Positions 12,368 through 24,836 of a stretch of DNA of 64,000 bases are shown here, piece after piece. Source of the stretch: Azolla caroliniana (Eukaryota > Plantae > Polypodiophyta); assembly GCA_043228905.1 (NCBI GenBank), contig JBHGNT010000007.1:992001-1056000 (forward strand), written 5' to 3'. Made by a program: the position numbers and the translations under genes. The notes below the pieces were generated by a model. It was given only the letters and a program-made list of their open reading frames with translations, ran no database searches and was not told the origin of the DNA. Position 1 is the stretch's first letter. Every line of letters begins with the position of its first letter.

Positions 12368-12763
12368 TCAATGTGGAGCTCCCTTGCCCTTCTCCTGACC
12401 CTGCGAAGGGGCGTTGTGAGGCATGGTCATGGGCATATGATGTGCAGCCTCCGCCGCCGCCGCCATGTCTGGAACGGCAGAGAACTTCTGATCGTTAAGT
12501 GTTGTTGCAAGATCGGGGGGTTCAAGGTGGTAGACATACGGGCTGTAGTCCACCAACGACCTCTGCGGCATCGCCATGGCGGCGGGGCTCGGGCTCGGGC
12601 TAAGGCTAAGGCTAGGGTTAGGGTTAGGGTTAGGGTTCGGGTTAGAGAAGGCGGACTTAGGGCGCGCAGATGCAGCCGTCAACGTTAACAGGAGCACCGT
12701 CACCGTCACCGTCACCGTCATCGTCATGACGGCAGCAGTGAGGGGGCGGCGGGACAGGGCCAT
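12368..12763 (-). CDS. small secreted peptide precursor candidate (131 aa, single exon)
   Basis: N-terminal signal peptide ending ASA|RP, low-complexity NP/SL/SP repeats, RSLVDYSPY motif and C-terminal GKGAPH*. GC-rich ORF in AT-rich flanks, with a TATA-like tttataa ~30 bp upstream. Confidence 0.75.
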   Translation of the reverse strand: MALSRRPLTAAVMTMTVTVTVTVLLLTLTAASARPKSAFSNPNPNPNPNPSLSLSPSPSPAAMAMPQRSLVDYSPYVYHLEPPDLATTLNDQKFSAVPDMAAAAEAAHHMPMTMPHNAPSQGQEKGKGAPH

Positions 12764-14117
12764 TATATTATGTATGTATGTATGTATATAGTTTATAAAA
12801 CACAGCTAAATATGTATGTATGTAACGACAAGGATTTTTGCACAACGTAAATAATAAATAATGACAAGGATTTTTTTTTTGAAGTAAGTAAGTAAGTAAG
12901 TAAGTAAGTAATGGATGTACTTAATTACGATTACATTCTCTCTCTGTGTGTGTGTTTATATACATAGTAATGGCAGGCGGCTGCTTTTTTCTTGCGTTTT
13001 TACTCTGCGTTTTTTCGTTGCTTTTATTTATTTATTGTGTATGTGCGTGCGGGTGATTTTTTTATGGGTATGGACTTATAGTGTTTCCGTCCAAAGATAC
13101 TTGGGTAGGTCCACCGACTTAGGCCGCAAAACTTACTCAAGCTTTTTGGGCCCATATTTGCCCATGTTTATTATTTGCGTTATCGAAGTTTTAATTAATT
13201 TACTGCGACCGAACGATTTATATTGCAACCAAATTGGAACTCCCAGCTTTGGAGTGGATAGTAGAGAGTAGCACTAAGAGTTAAAGTTATAGTTCACCCA
13301 AATCTCACTGTGTATTCTTGACTAAAATGTCCGTATATGATATATCCTGCAAGCTTAAAATTATGTTTTAACATTGTGCAAATTCTTTCTTTGAAAAAAA
13401 TTAGAACAGTGGGTAGTAAGAGTTATGCATTAATCAAAATCATTATTAGAATTAATTATTGTAGTATCAAAACGAGATTATGATTACTGCAAAATTTAAT
13501 ATGATTAGCATGATAATAACTATTTTCATTTGTGCAAAAAATGGGCATCGGCATCATGAAGAGCTGATTACAAAATCATTAGTATTGTGATTAGGCCTGT
13601 AATTAGTATTTTGGAATAATGACTAGGCACACGCTTGACAAGATGTACTCAAATGTTTCAAATGCACAGATTTTAAATGAAAACCAATGCTTTTAAAGTG
13701 AGCAAAATTGTATTGAAATACTCTAGGGCCATCAAGCCTGTGATCATATTTGACAGTACCTTATGGTGATTTGTAAAAGAATTAGGGTAACATTATCGAT
13801 GTGTGCATGTGCCCACCCCCCTTGTATAAGGTACGTGACATGCAAGAATGGAGGCTCACATTTCATACGAAGTCACTAAATATAACATGGAATGGTGTAA
13901 TAGCAAATATTCCATTTCATTCTATTATGTGCATGATCATGTGACCTAACATGTTGTCTCCATTAGGCGGTACTTTTTCGAATGTCTCATGCCACTCGGT
14001 TTACACAAAGTCCTCATTTAAACTGTTAGTGTTCATCAAATTTAACGTGCATTGCATAATAAATAAGCAAAAAAATTCACCGATACAAAAGAATTATACA
14101 GTCAAAATGCACCACTA

Positions 14118-15711
14118 CTAAAGAAGTGGTAACCTGCTACAACATTATAGTTTTCACAATCCTAAAACCTAATATATAGTTCTTGCAGTAAGGACACTAA
14201 CTACCAAAAGCACACAATTTCGTTTACCCATTTGCAACACAATCAGGTGAAATGGGGACGAATGCACCATCGCAATTTGTTGCCACTCCTGCGTAGTGTG
14301 CTGCAATTGTAAGGAGGTCTTCCACATGCAATGGTGCAAGTCGGCCGGTTGGGGTAAAGATTGCCATAGAAGAGGACATGTAACCATCGCCAGCAGCTTT
14401 CTGATTTATGTCCACTTCACCCACGAGAAGCAATGCCGCATAGGCGTCCTCCTCCAACTCGCCCTTCCATTCTATCGGGATGACTGTGAGTAGTGCTGTA
14501 CGGTTCGAGCACTTACCGTTGGTCAAGCAACCTGCAAGGCTTGTGTTAAGCTCTAGGGTATTGTCGGCAACGTTCAGCAATCCTTCGGCCGATATCACTT
14601 TAATGGGTCCTCGGTGAGCATTGTGTTCCAAGTAGTTGTCGAAACCTGCTTTAACACTCTCCGAAAGTTGCCCATACCCTCTGCTGAATAAGTCTTGCAC
14701 CCTCCTTACCTGTGACACACAGAAAGAATAAGCATGACCTATTATTAGAGTTGCTCTTGAAACAAACTACAAATAAATAAATGAGTCCCTAATGACCCTA
14801 TGGTTATAAACCATGAATTATCCATAATACATACGTACCCTCTTTAGTAAACGTTGGGCCTCCGACTGGAGCTTTCCGGCAGCTTCTTGAAGTCGAAGTA
14901 TGGTCGACTCTTTGGGTAATGGCATAAGGCTAAGCACTTCCTCAACTTCATAGGCAGCTTTCACCACATCCATAATCGTCTCATTCCCAAAGATGTCCGC
15001 ATACTCGAATCCTCGGTGCGCCGCGTTCCTAAATGGATCTAGGAACGAGGCGGAGAAGCGTGATTCGAACTCGCTCGGCTTCAATTTGCTGTCCACAGCC
15101 CCTAAAGCCGCCGACATATCGTGTACCACATTCGCGATGAAGTTGACTCGTGCATTAAACTTGGATGGCTTACATGCCGTCTTCAGCAACTTCACCGCTT
15201 CTTCTGCCGCTGCCCTCACAAGTGTCGTCTCATTGCTATCACGGCAAACTCCATCTATGATAGACATTGCTTGGGCGACTCGATGCCTGCTGTTGCACAT
15301 GGTTGCGACATTCGTGCAAATGGCGGTGGTGGACTGGGACAACTGTGCAAGGCTCGACATCAAGGATTTGTCGACACCTTGTGCATCCACCCACGTTGTG
15401 CCGCTCAGCTGCAGTTGTGCACCATGAGCACCATCATCGGCACTAGCTATGGGCTTGAAAGTTGCGGTGACACAACTGAGCCCCCCTTCATTGCTACTGA
15501 GCTTGAAACTTGTCGTGGCGCCAACTTGCACGTAGGGATGTGCCACCAGTTTGGAGATATTGATGGCTGTGTGAGTGGATCTCCTGTGATAGATGGGCAG
15601 CTTGTGAGCCGATCGGGAGCAAAAATCCCGTTGGGCTGACACTAGGGTAAGAATGATAATATATATTATAAGCTGGATGCCTAGTGCACAATGATGAGCA
15701 ATTCGGTCCAT
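14118..15711 (-). CDS. secreted ~456-aa protein; lipocalin-like barrel interrupted by a large helical insert (copy 1, intact)
   Basis: Exons 15711-14839 and 14709-14228, plus a probable short exon 14133-14118 (..G LPLL*). GT-AG introns are conserved in the paralogue. Signal peptide LIIYIIILTLVSA|Q and several N-x-S/T sequons. If the last intron is not spliced, the ORF ends at 14224. The product call is inference. Confidence 0.85.
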
Positions 15712-18330
15712 AATGCTAGTGACTAAACTAATTAGGAAGGAAGATATATCTATATAAATGGATAAGGTAGATACTATAGCTTTATGTTAACCTAAAAACT
15801 AGCGATTGCTCTATGGCCTATATAGAACTTGAACCTATACTGTTATATATTCTCTTCTTAATAAAGCTTATGGCTCTATATATAGCCTATGGGGCTCCTA
15901 TGTTGACATACTGATTACATGCTACGAACATTTGGAAATAATATTATATTCACATTATTTCCTACACACGGTTGATATGTGTTCAAAACAACACACATGT
16001 GCTCGTTTTTCACACGTGTAATATGTTATTGTCTGTCCATGCCATTAATCCTGTCCTTTATTCTAACACATGCTAGACTTGTGAATATGCTGATTTGTGG
16101 GTAGATACTTCTCAAATATAATATGAGAATTACATTGAAAAATCATATAGAAATTTGGGCATGGAAATGTTGCTTGAAGTCTTGAAACAAGCACTACCTT
16201 TTCGTGCACAAGAATTGCTTATCTAGCGATTTTGAATTAAACTTCCCCAAATATAGTGCTCTCATTAGGTCCTCAAATAGAAGAAATATCGATGTATTGA
16301 TAAGGTCAATGGGTTCATTTGGTATTAAGTTTAAAAAACATTGAACAGAGTGTAGTTTTTGAATTGATTAAGGGCTAGTGCAATTCCAGTGCATATATTT
16401 CTAATGCATGCATCGAATTATTATGAACGAATCTATATCGGTAATCTTACCAATCAATGAGAACCATCAAAAGCAACCTACGATTGGAATTGCCGTCATC
16501 GGCTTGTAATGAAGAGCAATGAAGGGAACCTTAGTCGATTCGTAAGAAAATTCATTGGGATCATGGGGGTTCTGAAACCCAATGTTATGACAACTAGTAA
16601 TAACATGATGCCTACTATGTTCTAGTGACATGTGCAAAAGAAACACATCCAAGGAACAATGCTCAAGGTTCTTAAGGCATATCCTAAAGGGTAGTAGACC
16701 TCCACACTTGACCATCCAAGTCAAGTAGCTCTAAATGTAGGAACACGGGAATACCGACCCATTTTATACACCACACATTACCACTACATTGTGGGCTTCA
16801 TAATTCCCTATTCTCTTGTAACCGCGTATCTTAGACCAAAGAAGTCTAGAACTTCTAGGAATACTTATTTATGTATAATATGTATCTCTATTCATTTGTT
16901 TGTTTATTTATTACTTATTTGTTTCTTTCCGTACATTTGAAGAGTGGAGACCTAATATCTCTTGTTCGATCTATCTCATACTACATTGTTTTTATGGTTG
17001 TTTCGAACATGTTTATACATGTATTTGTTTCTCTTCATTTCTCTTCATCCCATTTTCCTCGATTGTGTGATGTGCTCAATTTATCCCGCTTTGCGACATT
17101 GGCCAAGGGTGTCTTACTTGACTTACCATAGGTGGAGATACTATTACCCCTAGCAACACCCATTTTGCAAAATATGGTTTACATAATATTCTAGACATAA
17201 GTGGAAAATGCCCATATTTTTCTACTTCCAAACATGTATTTTTTTGTCTATCAATCTTTATCCTTATTCCAATCCAACTAGTTACATAGAATTTGTTGGG
17301 TAGGTATATCGCAAGTTCTTGCTTTCACTATTGTACATAACCATGATATTTCACACACTTTAAGCTTGGCAGGTAGAGCATATATACACATTTCTCACGA
17401 TTGTCACAAAATTGTTAGATTAACAACCTCCATCTACTCAAAGCATGTGTACTAGAAGTATGTATAGTATATTTACCTATATATATGTATATATTTCAAT
17501 TTATTTTAATATCATGATCAAATGCATGTCCATGCTTCTAGCTCATGTTGTCCTTCACGTCACACAATTTGAGCACGACATAAAACTGAATATTTCTTAG
17601 AAATATTCATGCTAAACTATGTTCCTAGCCTTACCTTGTTATATTGTGTGACAAAGTTATGAGACAAAAAGGGACAATTCAGATATACCCTAATTATTTC
17701 TCTATATGGCTGTGTTGACCACTGGATAAATATAATAATAACAAGGATTTATTTGAAGTAAGTAAGGAATGGATGTACTTCTTACGATTATATTCTCTGC
17801 CTCTGCGTTTATATAGTAATTCCGGCCAAAAATAACGCATGGCACTTGGTCTAGCTTTTAGGGCCACCTCCATAACATATTTTGCCCAAGTTTATTATTT
17901 TGAGTTTGTAGATGGTATATGGTGGCTGTGTTTCCATTTTATTTGTGATGCTCTAGTTTTAGTAATTCTTATACTAAAAATCTCAGTGTGTATTCTTCAT
18001 TAAAATGTCCATATATCTATCCTACACGCTTAAAATTATGTTTTTTAACATTTCGCAAATTCTTTCTTTGAAAAAAATTACACGAGTAGGTAGTACGAAT
18101 TATGCATTATTAGAGTTAATTATTGTAATATGAAAACTAGATTATGGTTATCGCAAAATTGTGATTAGGCCTATAATTAGTATTTTGGAATAATGACTAA
18201 GCATGCTTAACGAGATGTTACTCAAATGTTTCAAATGAACTCCAATGTTTTAAAGTGAGAAAAATTGTATTCGAAACACTCTAGATCGATCAAGCCTGTG
18301 ATCGTACTTGACAATACATTATGGCAATTT

Positions 18331-18468
18331 GTGAAGAATTAGGATGTACTACACATTTCGTAACATTGTTGTTGTATGTGTGTGAAGAATTAGGATGTAC
18401 TACATATTTTGTAACATTGTTGTTGTATACGTGTGAAGAATTAGGATGTACTACACATTTCGCAACAT
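18331..18468. repeat. three tandem ~52-bp copies specific to duplication unit 2
   Basis: gtgaagaattaggatgtactaca starts at 18331, ~18382 and ~18433. Confidence 0.85.
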
Positions 18469-18635
18469 GTTGTCTCGATTAGGTTGTATTTTCTTAGAAT
18501 GTCTCATTCCACTCGGTTTACACAAAGTACTCATTTACTGTTGTTAGTTTCATAAATTTTAACATGCATCGCATAATACATAAAAAACAAGTTCACTGAT
18601 ACAAAAAAGAATTATACAGTCAAAATGCACCACTA

Positions 18636-20262
18636 CTAAAGAAGTGGCAACCTGCTACAAGTGTTATAGCTCTCACAATCCTAAACCCTAATATATAGTT
18701 CTTGCACTAGGGGCACTACCTACCATAAAGCACACATAATTTCATGGCTTACCAGTTTGCAACACAATTGGGCGAAATGGGGATGAATGCGCCGTTACAG
18801 TTTGTTGTCACTCCGCCGTAGTGTGCTGCAACTGCAAGGAGGTATTCCACATGCAATGGTGCAAGTCAACCGGTCAGGGTAAAGATTGCCATGGAAGAGG
18901 ACATGTAACCATCACCAGCATCTTTCTGATTTATGTCTGCTTCACCCATGAGAAGCAATGCCGCGTGGGTGTCCTTCTCCAACAACTGGCCCTTCCCTTC
19001 GATGGGGATGACCGTGAGTAGTGTCGTACGGTTCGGGCAATTACCGCTGGTCGAGCAACCTGCAAGGCTTGTGTTAAGCTCGAGGGTGTTGTCGCCAATG
19101 TTGAGCAATCCTTCGGCCGTTATCACTTTCGCGGGTCCTCGGTGAGCATCGTGTTCCAAGTAGTTGTCGAAACCCGCTTTAACACTCTCCGAAAGTTGCC
19201 CATATCCTCTGCTCAACAAGTCTTGCACTGTCCTTACCTGTAGCACAGAGAAAGAATAAGCATGACCTATTATTAGATAAGCTCTTCAAACAAACTACAA
19301 ATTAATAAATGTGTGCCTGATGATTCTATTCATACATATAAACCATCATGAATTAATTCTCCATAATACATACATACCATCTTTAGTAGGTGTTGGGCCT
19401 CCGACTGGAGCTTTGCCGCAGCTTCTCGAAGTCCATGTGTGGTCGACGCTTTGGGTAATGGCACAAGGCTAAGCACTTGCTCAACTTCATAGGCCGCCTT
19501 CACCACGTCCACAATCGTGCCATTGCCAAAGATGTCGGCATACTCGAATCCTCGGTGCGCCGCGTTCCTAAATGGATCTAGGAACGTGCCGGAGAAGTCT
19601 GCTGCAAGCTCCTTCAGGTTCAATTTGCTGTCCACACCCCCTAAAGCCACCGACATATCACTCACCACATTCGCGATGAAGTGGACTCGTGCATTAAACT
19701 TGGATGGTTTATATGCCTTCTTCAGCAACTTCACCGCTTCTCCTGCCGCCGTCCTCACGAGTGTCGTCTCGTTGCTATCACGGCTAACTCCATTTATGAT
19801 AGACATTGCTTGGGCGACTCGATGCCTGCTGTTGCACATGGTTGCGACATTTTTGCAAATGGAAATGGTGGACTGGGACAACTGTGCAAGGCTCGACATC
19901 AAGGGTTTGTCGACACCTTGTGCATTCACCCACGCTGTGCCGCTCAATTGCACTTGTGCACCATGAGCACCACCATCGGCTCTAGCTATGGGCTTGAAAG
20001 TTGTGGTAACACAACTGAGCCCAGCTTCATTGCTGCCGAGCTTGAAACTTGTTGTGGAGCTGACTTGCAAGTACGGATGCGCCACCAATTTCGACATGTT
20101 GATGGTTGTGTGCGTGGATATCCTCCCGTGATAGATTGGCTGCTTGTGAGCCGATCAGGTGTAAAATTCCCTCTGGGCCGACACTACCGTAAGAATGGTT
20201 ATTAATATTATAAGTTGGATGCCTAGTGCACAATGGTATACATGATGAGCAATTCGGTCCAT
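18636..20262 (-). pseudogene. paralogue of the 14118-15711 gene (copy 2) with two premature stops
   Basis: Same exon structure (20262-19378, 19237-~18752, ~18651-18636). In-frame TGA at 20155-20157 and 18866-18868, both where copy 1 has CGA (Arg). Confidence 0.88.
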
Positions 20263-23200
20263 AATGCTAGTGACTAAACTAATTAGGAAGGAAGATATAT
20301 CTATGTAGATGGATAAGGTAGATACTATAAGCTACTAATTACTCTAAGGCCTGTATAGGACCTATACTGTCATATATGTATTCTCTTCTTAATATATAAG
20401 GTATAACAATTGTGCTATTGCTTGTGTATATAAGACTTGTACCTTTATATTTGTATGTTAATGCTCTCAAACATATACACTTATGCCCAATTAATGCTTT
20501 AAGTAGCTTATATAGGCCTTAAGCTACCTTTATAATTGTATGTTCTTGTTAACATTTGTCACATTATTTCCTACACATGCTTAAGCAGCACACATTTGTT
20601 GGTTTATACACATGTAATATGTTATTGTTTGTCCATGTCTCTCCGGTTCATCTAACATGCTACCAATTATATTCAAAATATTGCCACGCTATCAATCCCG
20701 TCCTTTATTCTAGCACATGCTAGACTCATGAATGTGTTGCTTTGTGGGTAGGTACTTCTCAGATATAATATGAGAGTTACATTGAATTCATATAGAAATT
20801 TGGACATGGAAATGTTGCTTGAATATTTTGAAACAAACACTACTTTTCCTTGCACAAGAATTGCTTATCTAGCGATTTTGAATTAAACTTCCCCAAACAT
20901 AGTGCCCGCATTGGGTCCTTTGATGGAAGAAATATCTATAAGGTCAATGGGTTCATTTGGCATTAAGTTTAAAAAACATTGAACACAATATATTGAAATG
21001 CTTAAGGCCTAGTGCAATTCTAGTGCACATATTTTTAATGTATGCATCGAATTATTATGAACGAATCTATATCGGTAATCTTACCAATCCATGAGAACCA
21101 TCAAAAGCAACCTACTATTGGAATTGCCTTCATCGGCTTGTAATGAAGAGAGATGAAGGGAACCTTAGTCGACTCGTATGAAAATCCATTGGGATCATGG
21201 GGGTTCCAAAACCCAACGTTATGGCAAGTAGTAATAATATTATGCCTTACTATGTTCTAGTGACATGTGCAAAAGAAACACATTACAAGGAACAATACTC
21301 CAGGTTCTTAAGGCATGTCCTAGAGGGTAAACCTCCACACTTGACAATCCAAGTCAAGTAGCTCTAAATGTGGGAAGATGAGAATACCAACCCATTTTAT
21401 ACACCACACATTACCATTACATTCTGGGCTTCATAATTCCCTATTCTCTTATAATCGTGAACTTCTAGGAATACTTATTTATGTATTGTATGTATCTATT
21501 CATTTGTTTGTTTATTTATTACTTATTTGTTTCTTTCCTTACATTTTAAGAGTGGAGACCTAATATCTCTTGTTCGATCCATCTCATACTACATCGTTTT
21601 TATGGTTGTTTCGAACATGTTAATACATGTTTCTTTCTCTTCATTTTTGTTCATCCCATTTTCCTTGATTGTGTGATGTGCTCAATTTATCCCGCTTCGT
21701 GATATTGGCCAAGGGTGTCATATTACTTGACTTGCCATAAGTGGAGATACTATTACCCCTAGTAACACCCATTTTGCAAAACATGGTTTACATAATATTC
21801 CAGACATGAGTGGAAAATGCCCATATTTTTCTTCTTCCAAAAATCTATTTTTTTGTCTATCAATCTTTATCCTTATTCCAAGCCAACGAGGTACATAGAA
21901 TTTGTTGGGTAGGTATATAGCAAGTTCTTGATTTCACTATTGTACATAATGATGATGTTTCACACACTTTAAGCTTGGCATGTGGAGCATATGATACAGA
22001 TTTCTAATGATTGTCACAAAATTGTTAGATTAACAACCTCCATCTACTCAAAGCATGTGTACTAGAAGTATGTATAGTATATTTACCTATATATATGTAT
22101 ATATTGCAATTTATTTTAATATCATGATCAAATGCATGTGTATGTCCCATGTCCATGCTTCTCTCGCTCATGTTGTCCTCCATGTCACACAATTTGAGCA
22201 CAACATAAAAGTGAATATTTCTTAGAAATATTCATGCTAAACTAGTGTGCATGACCTGAAATGAAATAATGGAAATACTTTAAGATGTTAAGGCGATGTG
22301 TGAGTATAAACCTTGAGAATACATCTGAGAGCTGAGCATCAATTGATGACTTCTTAATCATTAGCTTGGACCATGTTAATGCTCAATCCATCATCACATA
22401 TTAATAATCTTGTCGTGTTTTACAATGAAATCATATTACTGTGTACTACTTAGTTTACTAACCATATGCCTTTATCCCTACCACTAGTATTTGTGAGGAA
22501 TGGCCATGTGTCTTTACTTCTTGTTTTAACATCATTTGACGTGTGCCACAATTTTTAGAAATTCATAAGAAAAGAAATGGCATTCTTAGCTCTTCCAAAT
22601 GAAGTTTATTTAACCACAAGATCGTAGACAACGTTGAGAAATAATCACTCCGTGAACTTGTCAAAAGAACGGTATTTGTTTGATATAAGATCCAATGCAG
22701 GTTACTTTGGCAAAGTTTAATATAGAAATTAGACAAACAAATCATGTACATATATTCATGGAAATAGGAAGGGCGGTGTTTTAGTGCATTGATGAACCAA
22801 ATACTATCCACTTAATTCCTTATAAGTAAATAGCATTTTCTTAGTGATTTGTTGTCATGCTTTTTTCATGATTTGGAATATCTCCATCCACAATATTTTC
22901 ACCAAGGGATTTTCTTGCCATCAACTTCTCTACATTGGGTTTGTTCATCATAGAGTCATATATGTCAAACATGTTAATAGCAACACAATAGAAGTAGTTC
23001 GTCTTTTATATTTTGTTGTGAGAATCATAGCCTTTATAGATGACGCGGCTCACTTACCACCAAAACATTGGTTAATAGAAAAAGGGTCCGAACTTCATAC
23101 AAGCCAAAAATATATGTTCCAATACTTACCTTGTTACATTGTGTGACTAAATTATGAGACAAAAAGGGAATTTTTTCAAATACGCTATTTATTTACCAAG

Positions 23201-23279
23201 ATGACTATGTTGACAACCATGTAGAAAAAGAGTAGAAGAATAAAAAGGCAGTGTAAGTATATTTGCATATATTCTTAGG

Positions 23280-23770
23280 ATAATAAACATTGTGTGAATG
23301 TGCGAAAGCCTATAAAAGCATGTGCAACTTCCCACATATCTTGGAAGTATAGGTATAACACAATGTCACAACTCAAGATACTATAATGGAATGTTAGTTG
23401 ATAGCATGTTATATAACTTAAGGCACAATCGAGGGGCATAAGCTATAAAGAAATTGGTAGCTAATAATATGTTAACGTATAAGGTAGATCTATATGTTCA
23501 ATTAATAGGGCATTAGGTAGAGAGCAATTAGTAGCTTATATGTTCAAAGAACAACATAGACCAATAATATCTACCAATAATTATAACTACTAATTGCTCT
23601 ATAGCTTATGCCCCTCACCATTAACAATGACTTAAATTATATAACATGCCATCAGCCAACATTCCACGATAGACAATATTGTGACATTGTGTTATACCTA
23701 CACTTTCTCTATATGTGGTAGTCACCGCTACTTTGATTGGTTTTCATACATGTAATATGTCATTACCTAT
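23280..23770. repeat. long imperfect inverted repeat (arms ~23280-23465 and ~23580-23770)
   Basis: Perfect 22-bp core taggtataacacaatgtcacaa (23350-23371) / ttgtgacattgtgttataccta (23679-23700). Further paired blocks include gaggggcataagctata / tatagcttatgcccctc. Confidence 0.9.
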
Positions 23771-24836
23771 CCATGTTACATGCTACCACTTACAACTAGA
23801 CTATTGTCACAACATTTATTCCATCTTTTGCTCTTCTGTCTATCATCATTTTCTCGTTATCTCTATCCATTAGTATCTCGTATATTCCCTTTCACATGCT
23901 AGACATGTGAATCTACCCATTTGTTGGTACTTTTAACATATATGAGAATTATATAAATCCATATAGAAAATTGTACTTGGAAATGTTGCTTGAAACCGTG
24001 AAACAAAGTTGGCAAGAAACCCTTGTTGTAATGTTATTTTCATATGGAAAATTAATCAAATATTAGTAATTTCTTAAACCCACTATAAACACTACCCTAT
24101 CAAGTATGAGAATTCTTGTCTAATTTTAAAATTAAATTTATGCAATGTTGACAAGTCCAATTATTTATTTTGAACTTGTATAATTTATTTGGTTACACAA
24201 AAATCCAACATAGAAAAGCTTCCCTAGCTATAAAAATCCTCAATTGACCTTTGTTTGCACTTTGACAACAATAACACAATGGCAACAAGAATTGGGGCCA
24301 TTCTTTGTTTGACTTATGAATCAAAGGTATCGGGTACCAATTGTTGTCTTATAGTATTAGAAACACATTAAAATAACGACAAGTGATTATTTTACCTATC
24401 ACTCCATACAATACGATTGTTGCATGAGGAATCAAATTGCACCATGTGTGAAAACCATGCAACATTTTTACATTGAAACCCAATGTCACATTGTGACGCA
24501 ATGCATGAAGCTTCTCTCCACAACATTTTCTTTAATTTCTTGAATCGCTCTTTCAAAGATCCTCCTGTTATTGCTCTTGCGACCATCATTCATGTTTGCA
24601 AGTATAGAAATACATATGTCCATACAAGCATACATAAATGCATGCTTATTTGCATGCATGCATATAATGATATGTAGATATAGATAGACATAAAATACAT
24701 CACCGATAGAAATACATAAATAACACAAAGAAGCTTTAAGAGATATAATATTCGCGCTAAAATATAAATAAAAGAAACTAAATACAATTAGAATAAAATA
24801 GAAAATGTTTAAAGCATGAAGCGATGCACTCCATTC

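Larger units (their letters stand above)
12820..23220. repeat. tandem segmental duplication, ~5-kb unit (12820-17720 and 17730-23220)
   Basis: Colinear similarity of the gene, introns and both flanks, e.g. 16350-17620 vs 20970-22243 and 17630-17730 vs 23126-23225. Unit 2 carries an extra ~0.87-kb insert at 22246-23120. Confidence 0.93.

Noticed and set aside
12613-12645. Interstitial telomere or chromosome-fusion scar
   Set aside because: Only about four hexamers, in frame within an ORF and flanked by related hexamer repeats. The typical plant telomere unit is TTTAGGG.
14993-15639. Plus-strand ORFs overlapping the lipocalin-like genes (also 19517-20205)
   Set aside because: Antisense shadows. 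The signal peptide, splice sites and synonymous-change pattern support the minus strand.
18866-20157. TGA at Arg codons rescued by U-to-C RNA editing or readthrough
   Set aside because: U-to-C editing in ferns and hornworts is established for organellar transcripts. This is a nuclear gene with spliceosomal introns, and CpG deamination explains the changes.
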